Shown here: positions 12,560 to 26,100 of the stretch, one piece after another | Layout: the number at the start of each line of letters is the position of its first letter | How positions within the stretch are numbered: the stretch's first letter is position 1 | The notes under the pieces: generated by a model | The model's input: only the letters and a program-made list of their open reading frames with translations | What the model was told of the DNA's origin: nothing | Database searches by the model: none | Program-made: the position numbers and the translations under genes | DNA from: Mytilus californianus | Taxonomy: Eukaryota | DNA: 64,000 nucleotides | NCBI RefSeq assembly: GCF_021869535.1 | Contig: NW_026262593.1 | Coordinates: 32,054,001-32,118,000, forward strand | Direction: 5' to 3'

Positions 12560-13175
12560 TTCACAGTCTGTATATATAGTATTTGAGATGATGGGTTCGA
12601 AGGATCGAAATCATTCATATATTTATTGTTGACATTTTCATACTTTTGGTTCGCGGAGCTATTCAAACTCTCTGGTTCCAAATTTCTCAAGATTTTAAAT
12701 GAAGGAATCTGTAATAAATTTAAGCGAATCCCCACTCATTGTCAGTTCTGTTTGTCAGGCGAGACCAGGAGTTGTAAAGAATGACGTGGATCTTAACCAT
12801 AATTTTCCATGGTAATGTCTCTGAATCGTTCAGCTAAAAGCAGAACATTTGTCGTTACATATAATACATCATGAAAAAAACCCACATTATTCAATTTTAT
12901 GGTATTCCAAACTTCAGGGGCGTGATCAGAATCCTGCTCTAAAATATCTTCACCTGTTCAGCGGTTATGAAAGGCTCTTTTGATGGTAATTGTGTTTCGT
13001 GAAATCTCTCTTCCCAGTCCAAACTGATTATCATAGCAAAATTCACTTTTTCTCAATAATAGTTTTGCTATGTGCTTTGACGGAAGTACTTTTTGGAACT
13101 GTCGAAATTGCACACGACTTTCTTGCGATGAATTTGTCACTAAAGTGTCTTGCGAGCTATTAGGAAATTGTAGAA
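12560..13175 (-). pseudogene. Fossil protein-primed family-B DNA polymerase fragment (Polinton/Maverick/adintovirus-like)
   Basis: Minus-strand translation across stops and frameshifts gives LQFPNSSQDTLVTN...KLLLRKSEFCYD...KRAFHN...DHAPEVWNTIKLNNVGFFHDVLYVTTNVLLLAERFRDITMENYG*DPRH...NNKYMNDFDPSNPSSQILYI. This matches, in order, the recalled invertebrate pPolB stretch LLLRKGVFPYEY...KEAFYS...HAQKVW..F...LGEYHDLYL.TDVLLLADVFENFR...YGLDPAH...NNKYM.DYDPSKPSSYI.YLD. Confidence 0.75.
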
Positions 13176-14085
13176 GATTTGTATTTTTCTATGTTTTTGA
13201 AACGTAAAATGTTGGTTAATCTTAAAAACAATTAGCCTTTTGTAGTAGAAACTATGTGTAATATTGTCTGACATAAATTACACCGCTGAAGCACTGCAAA
13301 GCTATAATTATTACAATTTGGAATTCTGGGGTCTCGCGTGATTCGTTGTGAGCGAGATCTTTTACTTGAAATTACATTTTCATCCCAAAGTGTCTATGAC
13401 AGTTATCATTCTGACAATTCTAAAGAGAGGTTAGAACTGTCCAAACTGTATTGCGGTATAACCCAAATAATTTGAACAAAGTGAATTTTCTGAGAAAATT
13501 TCATAGACATAGCATAAATCTGATCAAAAATTTACGTTGTCACAGTCAGCAAGACATTACAGATCGTGTTCAGATCAAAATAGCAGTAACGACTAAAATT
13601 CCTTTAAACAAGATAAGTGTAGTATTCATCGATTTTCTTTTCAAAATGTTATTAGTCTTTCATTTGAATTGAGTTTCCTTTATCAATAAGCAATATTGGA
13701 ACTGAAGTTAACTTTCTATAAATCAATAGGAAAGTTGGAAAAAGTTTTCTTTACATTAGGTTTTTGTTTGTTCAATATTCCAATTGTATATTGAATTAAG
13801 TAAATGAAACAGTTATGTAAAACTTCAAAAAAGCAAAGGCGAGACATTGAGCTCTAAATATTTCTAAGTATCCCAGCAGCAAGTTCTGTAAATAGGCTGA
13901 TAAATCATATGATGTAAATGTTTATTTGTTTACTAAGAAGTTAGTCACTTATTGGTAACGGATCACTTAAACGTCATTGAAACATTATGGACATAACTAA
14001 CATTTTTCAAGCAATCTAAAAAAAGGTTATTCTAAGAATTTATACTCTAATTGGTAATGGATCACTGAGACGTCATTGAAGCAGT

Positions 14086-17000
14086 ATGGATATAACTAAA
14101 ATTTTTCAAGCAATAAACGAGTGTAATGACGACACACCATCAACAACACTAAGAGCAATTAAAAACGGTGAAGACATTAATGTAGTTAGTGAAACAGGCG
14201 AGACTTTTCTCCATGTAATAGCAAATAGATATTCTGGGAAGCAGGAAGCGCCGTTTCTTTTACCGGTTATCTTTCAACTTTCCAATGCAGGAATTAAAAC
14301 AAATGTGAAAAACCAAGATGGCGAAACTGCTCTCCATGTAGCCGTCAAGAAGACTAGAATGCAAAAATTAGTAAGAGCTCTCATAATGATAGGTGTTGAT
14401 CCAAAAATTAACAACACAAACGGTGAGGAAATTAAAGAATTAATAGATGAAGATGAAAGAGACACACAGATCTGTGTTGATTTACTTTATCCAGGCCTAT
14501 GGAATGCTGTCGACAAAGGAGAAGATGAACTGGTACTACGATTGGTCAATTCATGGTGTAATCTTGAGGAAATCAAATATGGGAAACCATTAATGAACTT
14601 AGTACATCTTAATTTAGACGAAAAGACGGCAAATATGATAGAAAAATCGTCTAAAACAATGAAGTTAGTATATGCCTCGCTGGCAAAAGATAAAAAGGCG
14701 ATAAAGAAAGCTTTAAAGGATCCAAATGTGGACGTTAATATAAAAAATGCCACTTATATCGGGGAAGATAATTCCGTTTTCTTTATGCCACTAGCAGGGG
14801 AGATAGCACTGTTACATCTAACGGGGTGTCTCGAAAAGCTTTTAAAATCTGGAGCGGATATAAACGTCATCGTTGATGAAGTTGGTTGTGCTGAACCCTT
14901 ATTCCTTTGTGTAATGAGAACACTGCCAACAACAGAAGACGCGTATGACGTCCTAGAGGTAATGTTGCCATATGCCAATTTTTCCTTGGTTGAAGATAAA
15001 ACATCAACCATATGTAATATCGCTTTTGAAAAGAGACTTCCATTTGCGATAGTGAAGATTATGATTTCAAAGGGTTTGAACCTGTTCGAACGGGACGAAA
15101 ATGGACGTACATTGCGTGACACTATTTACCTTAACAACTATACAGAAGGTAAAGACAATTTAAGATTGAAGCTCGCTTTTGTTGATCAAGTTTTAATCGA
15201 CATAGCATTAGAAGGAGATATGCTTATGTTAGAACGTCTGAGCCTTAATAGTTATGATTACGACCAAGTTGAAAATAGGCGAGGACAATCAATAATAGAG
15301 GTAGTTTCAGAAAAAGGAAAGGAAGATGTCGTGAAGTACTTGGAAAGTTTGCCAGAGCTACAGGTAAAACATATAATTCCGTTAAAATTTGATTATAAAA
15401 ACTGCATATTCACAAAAACCAAATGCCAACAATAAAAAAATGTATTACGAGGCGATGTTTTATCTTTCGAATTAATTAAAAATAATAAATTGCGATCAAT
15501 CAATCAAATCTTAAAATTAGTCTCTCGACATACGATTTCAGGTCCGGTGTATTTGAAATATGTTGTCCTCCATGTTTGCTTTAGGCCTTCAAGCATCATG
15601 TTCTTGTAGAAAAAGTGGAAAAACATTCAACGGATCATTTTGAGATATATAACTTTATAATGAGCAACATGCAATAGGGAGACCGCAATTTAAAATTCTG
15701 AGCATAACGACATACGTTACCATTTTTTTTTTTTATAATAAAAGAATATTTAGAGTATAAATGAATGTCACTGAGACATCAATCGAACGACAAAAATAAT
15801 CTATATGTCATGCAGGCTACAGTAAACAAATGTCTGTAGAATATGTCAGCTTCTAAATCACCCCGAGTGTAAATAATCTTTGAGTAAATTTAAAGAGACT
15901 TACAACGATCTGATGTCAACAGTTAACAAATTCTCCAAAAGAAAAGAACATCACATCTGAGAAAAATCAAAGACAACCACTGCCAATGTTCTTAACTTTG
16001 GTGTAAGCTCATGCCCATAATGGACTAAAGGTTTCAGTACTTTTTTTTTTGTCAATAATATTGACATACATGTATTCATGAAAGGCTTGTATATTTATAA
16101 CTTTAAGGCAATTCCAGGCGAAAATAACGATTCCAAAAGCAATCCAAAATTCCCGCCATACCAAGTTAACTTGAACATGAAAATATATGGCCATATAAGT
16201 GGTAGATGTGACACGTCATCTAAACTGGTTTGAACACCTCCTTTCATGAAAGTAGAGGGCACATAACTAGTGAAGAATATCACATTATATCCCTTAGGTT
16301 GAAATATTAAATGCTACAAGAGATTTTCCAAACTATTAGCCAAATTGTAAAGATATCATAAAAGTTAAGAAATATAGCATTTGTATAATCCTTTTCTTAC
16401 ATGTATGCAGAGAACAATAAGAAGAATTCACGTTGCTATAGAAACTGGAAACCTACACGAAATCAAGCAGCACATGATAAACCGGTTAGCAGATTCTAGG
16501 GACAAAGGTGGTAGAGGACTGTTGCACAAAGCAGTACTTTTTGAAAGGAGATTCATAATCAAATATTTTCTTAAAGAGTACCCTGAGATGGTGCATTTAA
16601 AAGATATTGTGAGTTTAATATTGTTTTTTTTATTTTTTTATAAACAGGCAAATTTTGCTCACGTGAATTTCACATGAAATTCACATAAAACATCTCATGT
16701 GGGATTCACCTCAAACGAGCTTATACATGAAACTCACGTGAAAATTTTCATGTGAATTTCACGTGAAATATTTCGTGCATTTCACATGAACTTTTCCAAA
16801 AAAAAATATTGTATTTTTCATGATTTTAATTAAATTAAAAAAAATCATGTGATTTTCACGTGAAATTCACACGAGTTTCACATGCGATTCACGTGAAACT
16901 CACATAAACTGTTTTCACGTGAGTTTCACGTATAAGCTCGATGGAGGTGAAAATCATGCGATTCAGAATTTCACTTGAGATTCACATGAATTTAAATTCA

Positions 17001-20000
17001 CGTGAACTTCATGTGAGTGAAATATTCCTGTGTAGTTGCAACACTTGAACATACATACACTGACATAAGTTTATCTATATTTATTTTTCTTTACTTTATG
17101 CCTCTTTTGTTTTAAAGAGGAGGAAGATACCAACAGGACAGTTAAAACTCGTAAGTCGAAGAGAAATCGACAAAACCATGGGAAAAGAGGAAGAGGGTAT
17201 TGCTCATGATTAAGTTTTTTACCTCAATTTTAAGAGACAAAATGACTAAAATGCCTTATTCTTAGAAGTAACTTAGACAAATGCCTTTGACAAGTACGCA
17301 TACGTGTGATACTAGTAAAGAAATTATTAACAATATGCTTATTTAATACATTTTGTGGTTTAAATTTATCAACTATTCATTAGGGAGGAAGAACACCCTT
17401 ACACTGGGCAGTTTGTCTCAAAGAAGGAAAAGATATAGAAGAAAGTCTAATGAAAGCTGGAGCGGATCCCTCTGCGCGAGACAAGGTAGGATAGGCAACA
17501 TGTTTACACTGTTTTAATTTCCCGAGTCTCTCGTTTGCATATTTGTTGTCATATTTTATCTATCCATCACACAGAAATTACTTTTAATTTTTTTAAATTC
17601 TTTTTTAAATGCTACTTCCTTTAACGTTGGTTTCCATATCACATTATGCCTTTTTAATTCGAGTTCTACCTGAATTAGATAATCCGGGTAAAATTTAGTA
17701 AGTGTGAATGCCTAAACCTGGGGCGATATCAGATTAAAATTACCCCTCATTTTAGGTGGAGTAAATGTTTGGCGAATCTGAGTTAATTTCCTTGCCATGT
17801 TTACAAGCAACAAATGCGGTCTTACGTGAAACGAGAAGATGACAAGAATCTAGCTTACTATATTGGGGTAAAGCAAAATTCAAGGTACTCCTTCACAAGA
17901 ATATCCATGTCACTATGCAAAAACGAGAAGAAATTAAGGTGGATGATGATGATCTCATAACCGCTCAGGAATGCTAAAAGAATTTCACACATTGAAATTA
18001 TCAAACTGTGATGCAAAGAATGTAAACAAAACCTGTGAAAAGATGCGAATTACAATTTTGGCACAAACATTTCTAGTTTTGTTGAGAAGGAAAATCCTAA
18101 ATAGGGTTAATTTTTAAGTGTGAATTCTGGTTAACTGTCTCGGGTTCGACCTGGAGCAGATTCCATAATGTGATAAAGTCTTTTTTTATAACCAATTTAA
18201 CAAGCTTTTCAAGTAATAGTATCATATGGATAACTTGAAATCGTATTCATATTTGTCGAGGACTTCCCAAAAACTTTCAACTGCACACTCCTAAAAGTCA
18301 TAAAAAGTCTACTAATCTTTTCTTTCTTGCTTTTGTGTATTTTGACCTTCATAACATTTTATAGTTTGGTTGTAAAAAAACATATTTCATTAATTTGTTA
18401 TAGAGTGTAAGTGATGAGAATATTCCAGCAACACGTGTCGTGCGCCCTGAAATCACACCGTGTTACTTCCTTTTTTAAACGATACAGTCGAATGGAAATT
18501 TAAACAAGGCTAACAATTGAACAACGTAAAGAAAGTGATATAGACTAAAAGTGTTTAGTGTCAAATATGGACAACAAATGATGATGATGTATTGATGTTA
18601 ATCATTAAGTGGCATGTATATTAGGACATGTTAATGATCTACAATTTCGTCCGCACTCTTTAATAGACCGACACGCGGAATTTTAACGTGTAGGTTCACA
18701 AGGTTAAACTCCAAAGGAAGACATGTTAACGTACCCGGACACATTATTCTGCCTGCAAAACAACCCGTCATATCTCTTACTTCGAAATGCCTTGTGATAA
18801 GCGGAGAAGTAGCAATTGCCGATTCCTAAATGAAGTTAAAAACTTTTTTAATTTCGTGCATCCATGGCGCTCAAACAAGATTTCAGTTAGTATTTTACAG
18901 TTAATTACCCTAATATATGGGTTCTCAATGCTCTTCAACTTCGTACTTTATTTTGCCTTTTTTATTTCTTTTTATTCAAATGTCACTGATGAGTCTTTTG
19001 TAAACGAAACGTTCGTCTGGCATACAAAAGTTTAATCCTGAATCTGAGTTTATATATATTTTTATAAGCAAAATTTTATTTATTCACCACTAAAAAAACA
19101 TGTTTAAGACTATTTATAATCAATACAATATTTGCAGAAAGGAAGAACACCAAGTGATTATAGTAAAATTGCTGAATCTATGCAGGGCACTATACACAAA
19201 GAAAGAGTGAAGGACTTTGGAATAGAGGTATATCTGCTTCAAAAGTACATGGACTTTAAGTTCGCCATTGAGGCCGGAGATTTATCAAAAGTAGAGAACA
19301 TACGAAACAGTATGTACAAGGACATCAGTCTCAACGATCTTCATGTCAAAATGTACCAAACCAGACCTCCTCCGAAAGACCTATTGTCGTTGAGTATTGA
19401 CAGTTCCCAGGATCCGATTGGAAAGTACTTGCTGAGTCAGGGAATCAACAGGGATATAAAGGTATCGATCAAGGAGATTCAGTGACCAAGTTATTCACTG
19501 TGGTAAATTCGGTACTGTTCAGACAATTTGCTTGCAGTCAAAATTCAGTACTGTTCATACAATTTGCTTGCAGTCAATTAAGATCTGTTCAGTCTATGTT
19601 TAGACTTTTCTGTAGTTGTTATTTACCTGTACACATCAAAACCATACTGTATTGTCTGAAATGCTAATAAACAATACTGGGTTGACTACAAGCGAATTGT
19701 CTGAACAGTACTGAATGTAACTCAGTGGATAAGTTTGAAAATTTACTACAAGATTGAACATGACATAAGAATTTATTGACTAAAATTAATTTATTAGTGT
19801 AAAATTTTTGAACATTTTCTTTATTGGTAGTAATATTGATTTTGTTTTTAATAAATTAAAATATAACTAAACATGAATTGCTATGCAGTTATTAGCACTT
19901 TTGATCCTACATCTAGACGATACTTATATTTTTGTACATGGTTCTGCTTTTCTCAAACTGTCTTGAAAGGCGCTACACTAAATCCGTTGGATGTGTTGTG

Positions 20001-23000
20001 ATTCATATTCTAGACTGGGAAGATATGATTTATTCATTTCTTGTAGTTGTCTTGAACTTTTCAGTAGTTCAGATCGGTACTTTTTGTTGATTGTTTTGTG
20101 CTTCGTGTCGATCTGGTGAGTCGAGCCTTTCCAACTGATTAACCACTGTCCAAGGTTTGGGGAGGATTGAGAGCTCACAGCCATGTTTAACTCAGCAACA
20201 TTCGTTATGTGCCTGGTTAAAGTCCGGAGCCTGTAATTCAGTAATTGTCGTTATTTGTTGTCTGCAATATTTGTTTTCGTTTATTGTTTCAGCATAATCA
20301 ACCTTCGGTTTTCATTTTAATTGTTCACATTTTGTCATGCCGGTCGAGATCTTTTGTGGCTTATCATACGTTATGGATTTTACTCATTGTTGAAGGCCGT
20401 ACGGTGACCGAAATATGCTAACATGCACGACCTTTTGCATTTGGTGTATAGTTGTCTCATTGACAATCACACAACTTATTTTTGATTTGATATTGAGTAT
20501 CATTCAGTCCGAGTTTACCGATTTCGCATTTTTTCAAACTTCTAAATTGAAAACTGAAATTTGTTTTGAATGCACGAAAAGAAGATAACTGTATGTTGAC
20601 CTCTGAATGTCTCTTTGGTTATATGTGTCGTTAGAAATATTAGGTTATTAGCCAAACACTTGCAAATCCCACTTAAACCATAAACCCAACAAATAATAAC
20701 CATTTATGAAATGTTCACTCTGTTTAATTTATTTTGGTATAGTTTCAACTGTAATTGAAACATGATTATACCATGAACATACATTTTAAGGATAACAACA
20801 CGAATATAGGAACTTTTATATCAATTTAACATTCATTCGTCCTCATGAAATTGAGAAGATAAAAGCAACATCCATGTTTAAGTCTGACACCATGTGGTCA
20901 TTTGTCTTATTATAATTCAGTACAAACATGGCGAGATTGAGATGTCGGCGGAGAAAGCAGCTGAACAGAAAGAAATGACTCACACAGTAGAAGCTATACA
21001 GTATCAGGTAAAAAAAATACTATTCAAGTTAATCTACCTTTGAATTTTCCGCATTTCTAAAAAGTTTACTTCCGCATGTAAATTTATATTAGGGTACATA
21101 TTCCTGTAAAAGTCTATATATCATATAAGTTGCAATGATTTATTTGTGGACTTCATTTTGTATCATTTTTTTTAGTTCTTTTCAGGGGCGGAATAATTTG
21201 AAAGTTTAATATTTATATGAAAGTTATTAAACAAATTAAGTCTTAAAGAACACACTTTATGATTTTGACAAAAAAAATATATATTAAAATGTGAAAGTAG
21301 CCCATGTATTTTGAATTTTGTATTTAAATTTTATTAAAAGGAAAATGCTATTGTTAAACCGGGAGTGCTTAAAAAAACAAAAGGAACTTACAAAAGAAGG
21401 ACGAAAGATACCAGAGGGGCAGTCAAACTCATAGATCGAAAACAAACTGACAACGCCATGGCCAAAAATAAAAAGACAAACAGACAAATAATAGTACAGA
21501 TGACACAACATAGAAAACCAAAGACTAAGCAACACGAACCCCACCAAAAACGGGGGGTGATCTCAGGTGCTCCGGAAGGGTAAGCAGATCCTGCTCCACA
21601 TGTGGCACCCGTCGTGTTGCTTATGTTATTACAAATCCGGTAAATAGTCTAACAAGCAACATTTCATCTTACTGTCAGGAGGAAATAAATGTAAATACAA
21701 ATATGAACGTTTCGGGATCTATTCACGTGACTAAAAATCTGAAAAAATAAAACATTGCACCAAATTTACTATCAAATGAGATAGAAAGCAAACTGTTTTC
21801 CTTACGAAACAGCATGCATATCTTCGGGGTTTTCCTGTTGCCTTTTATAATATATACATATATTACTTTTTAGATTAATGTTGTTAATGAAAGTTCTAAG
21901 AAATAAAATCGTTGTGTTTATTGGAATATTATACGTGACATAATCATAAACAACCAAGCTAAAAATATTACTTTTATATTTACTCTATGACAAAACAAAA
22001 GATATCGAACATAATTATTCCTTGTTAATGAGAATCCATTTCGTAGTTGATATGTCAATTAAATTAAAAATAGCTCATGTGCACTGAAGGACGCCTCCGG
22101 GTAGGGGAATTTCTCGCTGCATTGAAGACCTGTTGGTGACCTTCTGCTGTTGTCTGTTCTATGGTCGGGTTGTTGTTTCTTTGACACATTCCCCATTTCC
22201 ATTCTCAATTTTATGTATATATAATTATTTACTACATTTGAATTTTTTGCAGAACACGCCGGAAGTAATTTTACGAAAAGTATGAGGCCATAATTAGGGA
22301 AAAAATTATAGAAATAAACCATGTAACACATAAAAAATTAAACCACTTCATATGAAATAAGAATAAGGAAATGTGGTATGATTCCAATCTGACAACTATC
22401 CACTAGAGTTCAAAAAAGTGGATATAACAATATTAGAAAATGACAATATAGGAACCTTGCAAAACTGCCCGATAAAGGTAAGTAAATTTGATATATTTTA
22501 GCATGTAACAGGAAAGTCGATCAAGTTTTGAAATGAAATAAAGCTTCAGAGACGTTTCTTTATTTTCATCATAATGAAAATTTATCAAAGCTTCTAAATC
22601 AATACAATTTGGCTACTCAAGTGCCAAAATTACTTCTTTTAGAAACTTTGAAATTGTGTATAAATGTCACCGTCATTACGAAAAATTCAATTTTGAACTC
22701 CAATTTACTCAATAAAAAAGCATGATAAGAATACCTAATTTTAAGAAATTTCATCTCGAGATACATCATATCTTAATATTACAAAAATGTCCATACAATG
22801 AGAAACTATATAATTGACCTTGTTGAAAATGAAGATAGATTCAACTGACATGTATTTTGCTTTTACAGAAAAACAGAGCTGCTGAAGAGAAGAAAATTTT
22901 AAACAAAGTGAAAAAAGAAAAGAAAGAAATGTTGGAAAAACAAAAAAAGAATGGCACTTGCGATGACTACCAACCAATCCCTGTTACCAGTGGCAACAAT

Positions 23001-23186
23001 AAAACTGGAAGGAAAGATAGTACTAAGGGAAATACATCCCTAACCAATATGAAAGAGAACAGCAATGGTACCAATAACAAAAAGAATACAAAGGAGACAA
23101 CCAAGAAACAGACAAACATTACAAACAATAACAACTGCACTGACAATAAAGGAGATAAAAAGAGCTGTACTTGCACAGTAATATAA
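14086..23186 (+). CDS. Ankyrin-repeat protein (~768 aa, 6 coding exons) with a low-complexity K/N/T tail and a C-terminal CaaX box
   Basis: Exons 14086-15363, 16411-16608, 17384-17485, 19138-19461, 20921-21007 and 22869-23186; all introns are phase 0 and GT-AG. Ankyrin motifs include GETFLHVIA, GETALHVAVK, GRGLLHKAV, GRTPLHWAV and GRTPSDY. The protein ends ...GDKKSCTCTVI*. Confidence 0.85.
16644..17031. mobile_element. Foldback/MITE built of CACGTG/CACATG-containing subrepeats, intron 2 of the ankyrin gene
   Basis: The ends acaggcaaattttgctcacgtgaa and ttcatgtgagtgaaatattcctgt are imperfect inverted repeats. Seven perfect CACGTG were counted inside. Confidence 0.7.
18980..19023 (+). ncRNA. 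Solo hammerhead ribozyme motif in a truncated retrozyme copy (about 18920-19050), sense strand of ankyrin intron 3
   Basis: atgtca CTGATGA GTCT tttgt AAAC GAAA C gttc GTC tggcat. Stem I is compensated relative to the 12077 copy; stem II has one mismatch. Confidence 0.65.
19507..19716. mobile_element. Small MITE-like element with ~35-bp TIRs, left TIR tandemly duplicated
   Basis: aattc(g/a)gtactgttca(g/t)acaatttgcttgcagtcaa occurs twice at 19507-19577. Its reverse complement occurs at about 19682-19716. Confidence 0.6.
21395..21650 (+). repeat. Dispersed repeat family C (aaagataccagaggggcagtcaaactcatagatcg...ggtgctccggaagggtaagcagatcctgctcc)
   Basis: Related copies at about 4010-4180, 17115-17180, 26428-26760, 33610-33805 (-) and 56790-56880. 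Confidence 0.7.
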
Positions 23187-26100
23187 TATTTTGTCAGACT
23201 TTAAACATATTATTAGGGTTTCAAATCTGTCTATCTAGCAATTAATCCTTTTTGTATACAATTTCCAAAGGTAATTAAAAGCTTTGTTCAAATATTAATC
23301 TTGCTTACTTTTAATTTTTCACACGAAAATATTTTTCTATTGAGGTATTGCAGTGACCTGTTTTGAATTCTAATACTAACTCTATTACAGTCAATGTATG
23401 TTACAAAAGTGCTGGTTGCATTATCAAATAACAAGAAAAGAATTATATGAACTTGCACAAATTATGTGACCCTGCTCAAATCATATGAACCTGCTCAAAT
23501 TGTATGAAGCTGCTCTAAGAAGCAACACATACGACCTCAATATTAGTAGTGTAGATTGATTGTGGATCGTCTTTGGGAAATAGATCAAATAGGTACATAG
23601 ATTGTTAAAAAAAGATCGGTTGGCAATGACGACCATTTTTATGTAAGCATACTTCTCGAGCTCTGTCAATGTTAATTATGACAATAACATTAACGGTACC
23701 AATTTTACTGCACGAGATGCCCAATTCGATAATTTCTATAATTACAATGTCACGAATTTTTGCAGTCGAAATATTTATAAGGGGCCTTGTGGTTTCACAA
23801 CAGAGTTTTTAGCGTTATCTTTCACTATGCGTTTAAGTTCTAATTGTTTAAAAAGTTATTTCATGTTTATATTTATAAGAAATATTATAATTATATAAAA
23901 TTTTTCTTTTTATATTATCTAAATATCTTTTACCGTCATTTACATTCACAAAATCATTTATATTTATGATTACAAAGCATGGTTAATGTGGCAATTCTTG
24001 GAAATATTTTCACATGAGCTATTTTTAATTTAATTGACATATCAACTACGAAATGGATTCTCATTAACAAGGAATAATTATGTTCGATATCTCTTGTTTT
24101 GTCATAGAGTAATTATAAAAGTAATATTTTTAGCTTGATTGTTTATGATTATGTCACGTATAATATTCCAATAAACACAACGATTTTTTTTCTTAGAACT
24201 TTCATTAACAACATTAATCTAAAAGGTGAGCAGATTTTTCACTTCATTTTATTCCAAAATGTCTGAAATTAGTAAAGAAATAAAATTTCATTTGAAGGAT
24301 TTTATAAACCAATTTCAAAATAATAAGATCCCGAAAAAAATAAATGTGATGTACCAGATGTGCATTTCTATCCAGTGGTGATTGACACATAATCTTGATG
24401 ACCAATAAAACCAAAAGTAAAATAAAAAATAAAAACAATACGATATAGGGAACATTTCTGTGTCAGGAGGATAACAATAATAAAACACCTTTATTCAGGT
24501 TGATGATTTAATACTCCAGATGTGCGTGTTATGAGAAACATTAGAGGCGCTCGAATAAAAAAAAATGGAAGGCCAAAATCAAATACAAAGATGAAAAGCA
24601 TAGTAAACCATAAATTCGAAAATATTTGACCTATTTGGCTAAAGCTCTGTATGATTAGGGGTATAGTTAACCTTAAAATCATGGTACACATAAGAACCAT
24701 TCAAAATCGAAATTACGGGACATACCTTATACACTATATAATAAAAATGATCTTTTTTATAACTTAATTGAATAATTGGTGCAGTAAAAGGAACGAGTTT
24801 TTGACAGTTTTATCAGGACAGATAATATGCATAAATTTTACATTAGAATCTGTTAGATTTTATGGGATTTACCTCCCTTAGTATGTATTTCATGGTGCTT
24901 TCTATAGATTTATATCTGACATGGTACGTATTATTGATTACGTTGCAATATGTGATATTTTAATACATTGTAAATTGTTCGAGACCTTCTAGCAACTGTA
25001 CCTTTATTAAACAGAGTTTGTTTATACAGCTCCACATCACTATCCTGCTTTGTGGTGCGATTGTTTTAGAAAAAGTACCCTAAGCATAAATTATTCATCA
25101 AGATTTTGTTTTGATCAAAATGTCAATTACCAAGAGAGAAAAACTCAACCAGCAGTCAAAAGAGTCTCGTTGTTTATTATAATAAAGATTATTTTATTCT
25201 ATCTATGGAAAAGCCTTTATCTATTTGAGATCTTTACTATATTTGAAAAAAAAGTTAAAAATTATGACATAACACAAGATTGCATATCGGTTGCCATTCA
25301 TATTAAACGTTTTCAAAAGATATCAACTTTGACATAAGTCACATTATGTTTATTATTGTTTGTTTTGTTCACACATCGTTGTCAATATAATGGAATTTGA
25401 TGCGACTGTCATACAAGTGAGATGTTTAGCTAGCTTTAAAACCAGGTTCAATTCACCATTTTCTACATAAGAAAATGCCTGTACCAAGTCAGGAATATGA
25501 CAGTTGTTATCCATTCGTTTGATGCGTTTGAGCTTTTGATTTTGCCATTTGATTAGGGACTTTCCTTTTAGAATTTTCCTCGGAGTTCAGTATTTTTGTG
25601 ATTTTACTTTTCACAATAAGTCTCTCTGGTCTAGTCATATAACATTATATACGAGAATGGCCAATGAGATTTTTTGAAGTTTATGGACAGTACTCGCATA
25701 GTTTTATCCATTAAAAACATTTTTCAAACCCTTTCAACATTAATAATAATCGTTTAACCGTAAACTAAATAAGTAAACACGCAGGGAATGAAACATATCA
25801 GAAAAAAGTAAAATAACAAAAATACCAAACTCCAAGGAAAGCTCAAAACGGAATCTCTCTTATCAATTGGCAAAATCACGTCAAACGAATGGATTCATAC
25901 TTGTAAATTTTGCATCCACGGATCTTATATGTATTTTTTATTTGATGATAGGATTTTCAAAATTCGAGATGAATTGAGTAATCTTAATTGTATAAGAAAA
26001 CAACTTCTACATTTGCATAGAAGTAAATTGAAATAGATAATGGTCCCATGTGGTAATCTACTACACAAATTACGCATAGTTCATTTTATGTCATTTTAAG

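Noticed and set aside
15364-15435. C-terminal ends of track ORFs 14086-15435, 16381-16677, 19132-19485, 57668-58855, 59985-60491 and 62501-62767
   Set aside because: These are read-through into introns past clear GT donors.
23690-24560. Minus-strand pieces resembling hammerhead 3' halves (about 23690-23730, 24345-24365, 24510-24555)
   Set aside because: The CUGANGA core is missing or destroyed.
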